Shown one piece after another: positions 24,912-33,071 of a stretch of DNA of 34,295 nt. The DNA is from a bacterium (GTDB lineage Bacteria; Patescibacteriota; Minisyncoccia; UBA10092), in contig JAJYIB010000003.1 in the NCBI GenBank assembly GCA_021790275.1, forward strand, positions 1-34,295, read 5' to 3'. The notes below the pieces were generated by a model. The model searched no databases. It was not told the DNA's origin and worked only from the letters and a program-made list of their open reading frames with translations. The translations under genes and the position numbers were made by a program. The stretch's first letter is position 1; each line of letters begins with the position of its first letter.

Positions 24912-24934
24912 AAACAAATTATACCGCAAGCGGT

Positions 24935-25801
24935 TTATTTAGTAAACGTCGTGTCCCAATGATCGCCTTCGCGGGCGAAAATCACGCCGTTCGGCGCTTT
25001 GTATTGAATAGCGCCGTCGCTTCTTACGCCGATATCGGTAAAATTACCGGTAATATAATTATTAAGTGCCGGATTCAGCGCGAAATCCAATTTATAGCCG
25101 CCGGAATGACTGCCGACGCCGCTGCCGGAATGCCCCAATTCCGTACCGCCCGTTATTTCGAGATTGCAATGGCACTGGTTTTTTAATTGAAGCGCTTCCG
25201 CCACCGTTGTTGCCTGAATGCCGCCGACCGACGTGCAACCGCCGGAAACATTTTGAAATCGAGTATCGGCCGGACAAGCGCTTTTATTGACCGAAATGCC
25301 GTTTGTTTGGAAAACGTCTCTCGCGCCTTGTTCCGTCAGCGTTCCTTCCGGACCGGCCGTGCCGCCGGCGCCGCCTCCGCCGAATTGCCCGCCGCCTCCG
25401 CCGGGAAATCGCCCGCCGGCCGCCGGTGCGGCCGGCGGCATCGGAGCCGTGTTGGCCGGAGCGATGCATTCGACTTTATTCCACGGCCATGGAAAAGCGC
25501 TTTTATTCACCGCGAAATTGACAATCGTGTTGAGCACCAGCCAGGAACCGAAAACCCAGAAAACGCCCCAAAGCAGAATTCCCAATCTTTTTTTGGCATC
25601 GGAAATCTTTGTCGGCGACCCGCCGGAAAACATAAACATAAAAGCGATGATTATCGCCATTAAAGTTATCAGAGCGAACGAAGTGTAAATCAGAAAATTC
25701 ACTATATTCTGGATTAAAACGAAAAAATCGCAAACGGTGCAGGGATGAGGCGCATAACTGGTGGCGCAAGGCACAAGGCCTCTCAAAAAATTCAGATTCA
25801 T
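24935..25801 (-). CDS. Pilin fused to a C-terminal M15/LAS-like Zn peptidase domain
   Basis: GLVPC..C..CD pilin N-terminus, FSGGSP.KI..AK, Pro/Gly linker, then ITGGTE.GH, SHSGGYKLD (Hx6D) and EGDHWD. Confidence 0.75.
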   Translation of the reverse strand: MNLNFLRGLVPCATSYAPHPCTVCDFFVLIQNIVNFLIYTSFALITLMAIIIAFMFMFSGGSPTKISDAKKRLGILLWGVFWVFGSWLVLNTIVNFAVNKSAFPWPWNKVECIAPANTAPMPPAAPAAGGRFPGGGGGQFGGGGAGGTAGPEGTLTEQGARDVFQTNGISVNKSACPADTRFQNVSGGCTSVGGIQATTVAEALQLKNQCHCNLEITGGTELGHSGSGVGSHSGGYKLDFALNPALNNYITGNFTDIGVRSDGAIQYKAPNGVIFAREGDHWDTTFTK

Positions 25802-27129
25802 TGGTTTTGATTCTGCATCAATGATGAAACTTTCGCCGCGGCATCGCCGAGCGCGTCGGCCGGCTTCGCGCCGTTTAACGTCACCGCATTTATCATATCC
25901 TGAAATATGCGGTTGATGGCGTCGGGGTCGATTTTATACCAATCCGCGGCCGACAAAACCGAATCGGCGAAAACTCCGAGATCCGGCGACGATTGTTCTT
26001 CCCCCAAAACATCGCGGCGCGAAGCCGGCCGCGCAACTTCTTTTGAAAAATAACTATTCACATCCTTGCCGGTAAGAAAAACCAAGAAATTCCAGGCGGC
26101 GGCGGCATTCGGCGAGGCGGCGGGAACGCTGTAAGCCCAGAAATCGGCATAATTCACCGTTTTCGAAGCGCCGGAAAGCTGGGGAACGGGTGCAATGCCG
26201 ATGCGCAAATTCGGCGCTCTTTGCTTTAATTGATTCAAGTCGGCCGCATATCCGAAAATAACAGCCGTTTGTCCCGAAACGAACGCGTCGGCGGAATCGG
26301 GCAGGCTGTTATTCCAAGAATAAGCGTCGGAATTCGGATTTGAAAAATCGGTGTAAAAGCGCAAAGCCGATTCGCCCGGCTTGTAAACCGAACCGCCGGA
26401 AGTTATCGGCTGATCGAAAGCCGCCGATCTGCCGTCGTCGCTTATCATCTTAGCGCCGGCCTGCATCATCAGCAAACTCGCGATATCGGCGGAGTGTTCG
26501 ACATTATCGGCCGTTCCCAAAGCGGCGCCGGATTTAATCAGATTGCCCGCTTTGTCTTTTGTCGTCAGTTTTTTTACGTCTTTGACAAAATCGTCCCAGT
26601 TGGCGGGCGGCACGGCGATGCCGGCCGCATTGAACAAATCTTTGTTGTAAAACATCGCCAGAGCGTCGGTCCAGACGGGCAGAGCGTAAATTTTGTTCTG
26701 CGAAACGAAATCGGAAACGGCGACATCGGGAAATGTGTCCTGAAAAGTTCTCAAACTCATCAGCGATTCGGGAAGCGGCGAAATTTTATTGCCGTGTTTC
26801 GGAAGCCAGGAAGAACGAAACATTATGATATCCGGCGCCTTGCCCGAAGCCAGCGCGTTTATCAAATCCTGTTCGTAAGTCGCCGGATCTTTCTGGACAT
26901 AATCGAAAGAAACGCTACCGTTGGTTTTTTTGTAAGCGTCGAAAACCGGCTGCCACGCCTGCCGATCGTCATAAAGCCCCCAAAATTCGAGGGTTACTCT
27001 TTTCGTGGCGCCCGGCCGCGCGCCGGGGATGATGCCCAAAAAAACCGAAAACAAAAGCAGAATGATTACGACAACGGCGCCGATCATAATCAGCGTGCCG
27101 CGGGTTATTTGATTGCCTCCTATTTGCAT
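25798..27129 (-). CDS. Extracellular solute-binding protein, sugar-binding family 1
   Basis: TM anchor, TLEFWG, ALASGKAPDI, IYALP, MFYNKDLF..AG...PP.NWDDF, AAWNFL.FL. Confidence 0.9.
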   Translation of the reverse strand: MQIGGNQITRGTLIMIGAVVVIILLLFSVFLGIIPGARPGATKRVTLEFWGLYDDRQAWQPVFDAYKKTNGSVSFDYVQKDPATYEQDLINALASGKAPDIIMFRSSWLPKHGNKISPLPESLMSLRTFQDTFPDVAVSDFVSQNKIYALPVWTDALAMFYNKDLFNAAGIAVPPANWDDFVKDVKKLTTKDKAGNLIKSGAALGTADNVEHSADIASLLMMQAGAKMISDDGRSAAFDQPITSGGSVYKPGESALRFYTDFSNPNSDAYSWNNSLPDSADAFVSGQTAVIFGYAADLNQLKQRAPNLRIGIAPVPQLSGASKTVNYADFWAYSVPAASPNAAAAWNFLVFLTGKDVNSYFSKEVARPASRRDVLGEEQSSPDLGVFADSVLSAADWYKIDPDAINRIFQDMINAVTLNGAKPADALGDAAAKVSSLMQNQNQ

Positions 27130-27132
27130 ATT

Positions 27133-27669
27133 CTAAATTTTTTTAAAAATATAGCCGAAATGATGACTGCCGGCATCAAGCGTTTTCGATTCGCCAAAAC
27201 CGTTTGCGTCGATAAGCGTTTTTAATTCTTCTTCCGAAAGCCGCAAATTTTTTTGAGGGCCGAGTCCGATATACGGTTTCCATTCGATAACGGCCAATTC
27301 GCCGTTCGGCTTTAAAATTCGCCGCGCTTCATTTATCAAGCCGTTCTTGTCTTTCACTTGAAACAAAACATTGGCGATAAACACCAGGTCGCAAATTCCG
27401 TCATCGAGAGTCGAACCGCGCGGACGTTCCAAATCCGATTCTATCGTTTTGATAATGAAAAGCCCGTCGAGGCGGGCGCGCGAACGGACGGCTTCGAGCG
27501 ACTGCGGCAAAATGTCGATGGCGAAAATTTTTCCCGAGGGTCCGGCGCTTTTGGCGAAAGCGACGGAAAAAAAACCGTGCCCCGCGCCGAAATCGGCAAC
27601 AGTCATCCCCGATTTAACGTCAAGCTGGGAAACAACTTTGTCGATATTTATAAATCCCTTTTCTTCCAT
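27133..27669 (-). CDS. Class I SAM-dependent methyltransferase
   Basis: VADFGAGHGFF motif I, FAIDI, RILKPNG. Confidence 0.9.
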   Translation of the reverse strand: MEEKGFINIDKVVSQLDVKSGMTVADFGAGHGFFSVAFAKSAGPSGKIFAIDILPQSLEAVRSRARLDGLFIIKTIESDLERPRGSTLDDGICDLVFIANVLFQVKDKNGLINEARRILKPNGELAVIEWKPYIGLGPQKNLRLSEEELKTLIDANGFGESKTLDAGSHHFGYIFKKI

Positions 27670-27709
27670 CGATCTAATTTTACAATAGAAAATAAAAATA
27701 AACTATCCA

Positions 27710-27753
27710 CAAGAAAATTCCCGCCGCCTCCGCAAAGCGGAGGCGGCGGGAAT
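27710..27753 (-). terminator. Terminator after hppA
   Basis: 17-bp perfect stem ATTCCCGCCGCCTCCGC-AAA-GCGGAGGCGGCGGGAAT (27717-27753). Confidence 0.75.
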
Positions 27754-27776
27754 CCGTCTCATCCCCAACACATTCG

Positions 27777-29816
27777 TTAAATAAACAATGAAGCGAGAGC
27801 GAGCGTCAAAGTCGAAAGTAGTTTTATCAAAACGTGAAGCGAAGGACCGGCTGTGTCTTTGAACGGATCGCCGACGGTATCGCCGGTAACCGCCGCCTGA
27901 TGCGCCGGCGATTTTTTGCCGCCGAGATGCCCCGCTTCGATCCATTTTTTGGCGTTGTCCCAAGCGCCGCCGGCGTTATTCATCAACGTCGCCATCAAAA
28001 TTCCGGCAATGGTGCCGATCATTATCAAGCCGGCTTCCGCTTCCGCCCTCAACAGAATGCCGACGGCAACCGGAACGGCGACGGCCAAAACGCCCGGCAG
28101 AATCATCTGCTTCAAAGCGCCCCGCGTCGTTATATCGACGGCTCTTGAATAATCCGGCTTTTCCGTTCCTTCCATTATTCCCGGATGCTCCTTAAACTGG
28201 CGTCTGACCTCGTTTATAATCGAAAAAGCCGCCTTGCCGACAGCCCGAATCGCCAGAGACGAAAAAACAAAAACCAGCGCCGCGCCGATAAGCGCGCCGA
28301 CAAAAACTTTAATTTTCGCCAAATCGACGATTTGAATATGAACTTCGGTCAGATAAGCCGAAAAAAGCAGAAATGCCGCGAGAGACGCCGAACCGATGGC
28401 ATAGCCCTTCGTCAACGCCTTTGTAGTGTTGCCGGCGGAATCCAATTTATCCATCGTTTCTCTCATCTTGCCGGTTTCGCCCGCCATTTCGGCGATGCCG
28501 GCGCCGTTGTCGACTATCGGACCGAAAGTGTCCATCGCCAGAATATACGCCGCGGTAACAAGCATCCCGATGGTGGCGACCGCCGTGCCGTAAATTCCGC
28601 CGCCCGGAATTCCGGAGAGTAAGCCGATTTTATAAGACCCCAAAAGCGCGGCCGAAATCGCGATAACCGTAAGACCGGTCGATTCCAAACCGACGGAATA
28701 ACCGGTGATAATGTTTGTCGCGTGTCCGGTTTGCGACGCTTCGGCGATTTCTCTCACCGGCCGGAATTTCGCTTCGGTGTAATACTGAGTCAGATAAACA
28801 AAAACGATGCTGGTTAAAATTCCAATGATTCCGTCCCAAAAAAACCACATATTGCCGAGCAGAATTTTGACCGCGAAATAAAACGCGATGGCGGCAATTC
28901 CGGCCGCGACAAAATAACCGCGATTGAGCGCCGTCATCGGATCGGCGTCATTTTTCGCTCTGGCGGAAAAAACGCCGATGATCGAAGCGAGCAGGCCGCA
29001 GGCGCCCAAAACCAAAGGAAAAAGAATGCCGGAAATTCCGAAATAGGGATAAAGAGATGCGCCCAAAATCATCGCGCCGATATTTTCGGCCGCCGTCGAT
29101 TCGAAAATGTCCGCTCCGCGGCCGGCGCAATCGCCGACGTTATCGCCGACCAAGTCGGCGACCACCGCCGGATTTCTCGGATCGTCTTCCGGAATGCCGG
29201 CTTCGATCTTGCCGACCAAATCGGCGCCGACATCGGCCGCTTTGGTATAAATCCCGCCGCCGAGCTGGGAAAAAAGCGCCACCAGCGACGCACCGAAGCC
29301 ATAGCCGACGATAAGCGAAGGAATTTTGGCCGCTTCGTAGCCGAACAATCTGTAAATTTCAAAAAGCCCCGCAATACCCATTAAACTCAATGAAACGATA
29401 ATCAATCCGGAAACCGCTCCGCCCCTTAAAGCGACCGAAAGCGCTTCGCCGAAGCTGTTTTTGGCGGCGGCGGCCGAACGCGAATTGGATCGAACCGCCA
29501 CCGACATCCCGATAATTCCGGAAACCGCCGAAGATGCGGCGCCAAAAACAAACGCCAGCGCCATCTGCCAGCCCAAAACCGGTTTGCCGGAAAAATAATA
29601 AGCCGCCCACAAGCCGGCGGCGGCTATCGCGCCGATAAAGGCGATGGTTTTGTATTGACGGCCGATGAAAGCGGAAGCGCCTTCGCGAATCGCGCCGGAA
29701 ACGCGCTTCATTTCTTCGGTGCCCTGATCTTTTTTAACAAGCCAGAAAATAAAATAAACCGCAACGCCCAGCGCGATCAAAGGAAAAAACAAAGCGATAA
29801 AAATCGGATTTGGCAT
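27777..29816 (-). CDS. hppA: Membrane-bound ion-translocating pyrophosphatase, K+-independent type
   Basis: GGGIYTKAADVGADLVGKIE, EDDPRN, DNVGD, GNTTKA, GDTVGDPFKD. Confidence 0.96.
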   Translation of the reverse strand: MPNPIFIALFFPLIALGVAVYFIFWLVKKDQGTEEMKRVSGAIREGASAFIGRQYKTIAFIGAIAAAGLWAAYYFSGKPVLGWQMALAFVFGAASSAVSGIIGMSVAVRSNSRSAAAAKNSFGEALSVALRGGAVSGLIIVSLSLMGIAGLFEIYRLFGYEAAKIPSLIVGYGFGASLVALFSQLGGGIYTKAADVGADLVGKIEAGIPEDDPRNPAVVADLVGDNVGDCAGRGADIFESTAAENIGAMILGASLYPYFGISGILFPLVLGACGLLASIIGVFSARAKNDADPMTALNRGYFVAAGIAAIAFYFAVKILLGNMWFFWDGIIGILTSIVFVYLTQYYTEAKFRPVREIAEASQTGHATNIITGYSVGLESTGLTVIAISAALLGSYKIGLLSGIPGGGIYGTAVATIGMLVTAAYILAMDTFGPIVDNGAGIAEMAGETGKMRETMDKLDSAGNTTKALTKGYAIGSASLAAFLLFSAYLTEVHIQIVDLAKIKVFVGALIGAALVFVFSSLAIRAVGKAAFSIINEVRRQFKEHPGIMEGTEKPDYSRAVDITTRGALKQMILPGVLAVAVPVAVGILLRAEAEAGLIMIGTIAGILMATLMNNAGGAWDNAKKWIEAGHLGGKKSPAHQAAVTGDTVGDPFKDTAGPSLHVLIKLLSTLTLALASLFI

Positions 29817-29834
29817 ATTTTTAAATTTTATTTT

Positions 29835-31214
29835 TTATGCGTATTCTCTCGGCTTCAATTCTTCGTCTATTTCTTTTTCCGGCGACGGCTCGGTTTCATA
29901 ACCGGCCTGTTGTTCTTCGGACCGGTAAACCCCTTCGGCCTTATCTTCGTCTTCCGCTTCGGCGGCCATTTCTTCTTCCGCCGCCTCGGCCCCTTCTTTG
30001 ATTGCCTTTTTTTCTTCGGCCGATTCTTTTTCGATTTCTTCCGATGATTCGGGTTTGCCCTCCGCCGAAACTTTACCTTCGAGATCGGCAAGATTGGCGC
30101 CCGCGCCGACGATATCGATTTTCCATCCGGTGAGTTTGGCGGCCAGCCGCACGTTTTGGCCGGCCTTGCCGATGGCCAGCGACAGCTGATCTTCCGGAAC
30201 AAAAACTTTCGCCGAATGATGACTCGGTTCCGATTCTATTTTAATGGCTTTCGCCGGCGATATCGAATTGGAAATAAAAACTTCCGGATCTTCCGACCAC
30301 TCGATGATGTCGATTTTCTCGCCGCCGATTTCGGAAATAACGGCGGCGACGCGCGTGCCTTTTTGGCCGACGCACGAACCGATCGGATCAACGCCTTCTT
30401 CATTGGAAGCGACGGCGATTTTTGTCCGGCTGCCGGCTTCGCGCGCAATCGATTTTATTTCCACCGTTCCGGCGCCGATTTCGGGCACCTCAAGCTCGAA
30501 AAGACGCGAAATCATTTTCGGATGCGAACGCGACAAAACGATTCCCGGCCCTCTCGGATCGGAATTGACGGCTAAAATATAAAATTTCATCCGCGAACCG
30601 ACGGGATATCGTTCGCCGAAAACCTGTTCCTCTTTCGGCAAAACCGCAACCGTTCGCCCCAGATCGATAAAGATATTGTACGGCTCGATTCTTTGGATGA
30701 TGCCGCTTATCAATTCGCTTTCTTTGTCTTTATATTCGTTCCAGACCGCTTCCCGCTCCGCTTCGCGGATTCTTTGGATAATTACCTGCTTGGCGGTTTG
30801 GGCGGCGATGCGGCCGAAATCTTCGCGGGCTTCCAGCGGAAATTCCATTTCATCGCCGACGGCAATATCTTTTTTTATCTTTTTCGCGTCATCGATCATT
30901 ATGTGCCGCTCGGCATTGAACTTCACTTTTTTTTCACCTTCTTCGCTCTCGATCGCCGCCGGCGATGCAATTTCTTCTTCCTCGTCTTCCGGCTTAAGCA
31001 TCGATTCGTCGACAACGATTTTCACCTGGAAAAATTCCGCTTCGCCGGTTTTCTGATCGAATTTGGCCCGGACAATCTGGCCTTTTTCTCCATATTCTTT
31101 TTTATAAGCCGCGGCCAAAGCGATTTCCACCGTTTCAAGCACTTTCTCTTTGGGAATGCCTTTTTCTTCGGAAATCTGCCCCAAGGCCGAAGCTAGTTGT
31201 TTTAAATCCATCAT
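29835..31214 (-). CDS. nusA: Transcription termination/antitermination factor NusA with acidic C-terminal tail
   Basis: [23 protein letters not shown]1 and KH domains ([37 protein letters not shown]). Start at ATG 31214 or 31211. Confidence 0.97.
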   Translation of the reverse strand: MMDLKQLASALGQISEEKGIPKEKVLETVEIALAAAYKKEYGEKGQIVRAKFDQKTGEAEFFQVKIVVDESMLKPEDEEEEIASPAAIESEEGEKKVKFNAERHIMIDDAKKIKKDIAVGDEMEFPLEAREDFGRIAAQTAKQVIIQRIREAEREAVWNEYKDKESELISGIIQRIEPYNIFIDLGRTVAVLPKEEQVFGERYPVGSRMKFYILAVNSDPRGPGIVLSRSHPKMISRLFELEVPEIGAGTVEIKSIAREAGSRTKIAVASNEEGVDPIGSCVGQKGTRVAAVISEIGGEKIDIIEWSEDPEVFISNSISPAKAIKIESEPSHHSAKVFVPEDQLSLAIGKAGQNVRLAAKLTGWKIDIVGAGANLADLEGKVSAEGKPESSEEIEKESAEEKKAIKEGAEAAEEEMAAEAEDEDKAEGVYRSEEQQAGYETEPSPEKEIDEELKPREYA

Positions 31215-31247
31215 AATTTTTATTAAAATAACCGAAATTTTGGTTTT

Positions 31248-31328
31248 AAAAAGCCCGCGCTCGGCGGACTTCAAAAAACGTTCATTCAATCACGCTTGTA
31301 TTATACGCTTCAAAAACTTCCCCGTCAA
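31248..31328 (-). promoter_or_regulatory. nusA promoter and leader attenuator hairpin
   Basis: TTGACG(31328-31323)-17-TATAAT(31305-31300); leader hairpin AAGTCCGC-CGAGC-GCGGGCTT with a short U-run (31271-31248). Confidence 0.65.
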
Positions 31329-31609
31329 CTTTTCGTTTTTTCCTTCACTTCTTCACCGCCTTTAACCAATTCTTCCGATTGCTCCCCGTCTTCTTTCAAA
31401 AGTAAAGCCTGAAATTCGCCGACGTGGGTTTTTTCTTCTTTCGCCACGTCCAAAAGAATTTTTTTAATGGCCGCGCTATCGGCCATCGTCGCCATCTGTT
31501 CGTATAAATTAACCGCGTCGAGTTCGGCGATTATCCCGGCACGCAAAATTTCTTTATCCAGATCTTCTTTTTTTATTTTTTCCAAATTTACCGGAATTTG
31601 CGACAGCAT
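31325..31609 (-). CDS. Short ferritin-like protein (rubrerythrin/encapsulated-ferritin-like)
   Basis: AELDAVNLYEQ and EEKTH di-iron ligand motifs in a two-helix 94-aa protein. Confidence 0.88.
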   Translation of the reverse strand: MLSQIPVNLEKIKKEDLDKEILRAGIIAELDAVNLYEQMATMADSAAIKKILLDVAKEEKTHVGEFQALLLKEDGEQSEELVKGGEEVKEKTKS

Positions 31610-31690
31610 TTTTTAAATACGATAAATTTTAATCGCTTTGATTATATCAAAAAATAAAAAATAATTCAAAACAATAATATGCGAAAACAA

Positions 31691-31718
31691 ATAAAATCCC
31701 GCGCCGGCCGGCGCGGGA
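31691..31718 (-). terminator. Terminator of the sigma factor gene
   Basis: Perfect 22-bp palindrome TCCCGCGCCGGCCGGCGCGGGA (31697-31718) with a U-run on -. Confidence 0.7.
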
Positions 31719-31738
31719 AAAGCAGTTTTATTTTTTCT

Positions 31739-32725
31739 TCATTTTCCTTCCTTCTTGAATTCAATCCGGTATTCATTACAATAAATACGGATTAATGCTT
31801 TAAGTTTTGTCAAGGCCTTAACCTGCATTTGCCGCACCCGTTCGCGGGTAACGCCCATAATATCTCCGATTGCCTGCAGTGTGAGCGGCTTGCAACCGAT
31901 GCCGAATCTTTTTCTGATAACAAATTCCCATTTCGGATCCAACCGCTTTAACAGAGATGAAATTTTCTTCGCCAATTTCGCCTGGTCCATCGACTCTATA
32001 ATCGACGATTCGGATAAGGCCGAACCGTCGGCCAAAAAATCTTTCAACGAATCGTCGTTATCGCCGTCTCCGACCGGCAATTCCAGCGAAATCGGATTGA
32101 AAGACGCATTCAACAAGCGTGAAATATATTTTTCCGACGTGTTGAAATATTGCGCCGCCTCTTCGATCGACATGCGCTTCTTATCTATTTTGCGGAGCAT
32201 CTCGACAGCATGCACCGGAACGCGTATCGGACGACCCTTTTCGATAATGGCGCGGCCGATGGCTTGTCTTATCCAAACCACCGCATACGTGGAGAAGCGG
32301 AAATCGACATCGATATCGAACTTCTCGATGCAGTGGTACAATCCGAATACTCCCTCCTGTATCAAGTCGTTCATTTCCAAACTGCCGCTTCGGGCTTCGT
32401 ACAAACCCGCAAATTTTACGACCAGACGGATATTCCCCTCCACGATTTCATCGCGCAAAGCGGCGATTTGCTTTTGCGCTTTGGCGGATTTTTTCCGTTC
32501 AAGCGAGCGCATCCGTCTTATTTTTTCAATCGTTTCGTCGCTTCTTAAGTAAGAAATGCGTCTCGCATCTTTAAAAAAATAAGCCAATGCCGACTTGGGA
32601 TCACTTACAGCCGTTTCAACTTCTTCCAATACCGGCGCCGGCTCCGAATCCGGCGCATTGTTTAAATCCGATTCGCCTGCCGCGTCGGATAACTCGAAAA
32701 TATCTTTCTTCCTTTTCATTGTCAT
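31739..32725 (-). CDS. RNA polymerase sigma-70 family factor (RpoD/RpoS-like, probably non-primary)
   Basis: Region 2 NIRLVV, DLIQEG, FSTYAVVWIRQAI; region 3 ISLELPVG; region 4 TLQAIG..GVTRERVRQ. Confidence 0.92.
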   Translation of the reverse strand: MTMKRKKDIFELSDAAGESDLNNAPDSEPAPVLEEVETAVSDPKSALAYFFKDARRISYLRSDETIEKIRRMRSLERKKSAKAQKQIAALRDEIVEGNIRLVVKFAGLYEARSGSLEMNDLIQEGVFGLYHCIEKFDIDVDFRFSTYAVVWIRQAIGRAIIEKGRPIRVPVHAVEMLRKIDKKRMSIEEAAQYFNTSEKYISRLLNASFNPISLELPVGDGDNDDSLKDFLADGSALSESSIIESMDQAKLAKKISSLLKRLDPKWEFVIRKRFGIGCKPLTLQAIGDIMGVTRERVRQMQVKALTKLKALIRIYCNEYRIEFKKEGK

Positions 32726-32727
32726 TG

Positions 32728-32823
32728 CCGCCTCCGTATTATTTTGATTTTAAAGTTCGATGTCTGGCGCGATGCGCACTATGCGCGCATCCGGTTTATA
32801 GCAAAAAAACGCCGCACTGTAAA
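32728..32823 (-). promoter_or_regulatory. Promoter, leader hairpin, boxA-like motif and SD of the sigma gene
   Basis: TTTACA(32823-32818)-17-TATAAA(32800-32795) with extended TG; hairpin GATGCGC..GCGCATC (32771-32791); GAACTTTAAAAT (32758-32747); GGAGG (32735-32731). Confidence 0.6.
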
Positions 32824-32871
32824 GCGAGAAGTTTTGCGCAAAACACCAAGATTAAAGATGATACCGATGCG

Positions 32872-32913
32872 TTTGTTTGACGAAATCCGAACCTTTTTTG
32901 AACGGCATTGACG
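32872..32913 (-). repeat. Dispersed intergenic repeat core, copy 2, 3' of tRNA-Leu(GAG)
   Basis: On -: CGTCAatgcCGTTCAAAaAAGGTTCGgatttcgTCAAACAAA; 32/42 identical to 62-103. Confidence 0.7.
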
Positions 32914-32964
32914 GCGCGCTGTGCGCGGCCGAATCGGTCGACAAAATTTCTGAAAGTTTAATTC

Positions 32965-33050
32965 TGGTGCGCGGGAGAGGATTTGCACCTCCACGCCCTT
33001 GCGGGCACAAGCCCCTCGAACTTGCGTGTCTGCTGTTTCACCACCCGCGC
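32965..33050 (-). tRNA. tRNA-Leu(GAG) with non-canonical C33, A18 and G55
   Basis: Acceptor GCGCGGG/CCCGCGC, A73 and encoded CCA, anticodon loop TCGAGGG, long variable arm, T-loop TGCAAAT. Confidence 0.88.
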
Positions 33051-33071
33051 TCGATATTTATTTTAACACTT

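Noticed and set aside
24204-25801. Conjugative element inferred from VirB2-like pilins
   Set aside because: No relaxase, VirB4 or coupling protein is in the window; such pilins are ordinary chromosomal genes in CPR.
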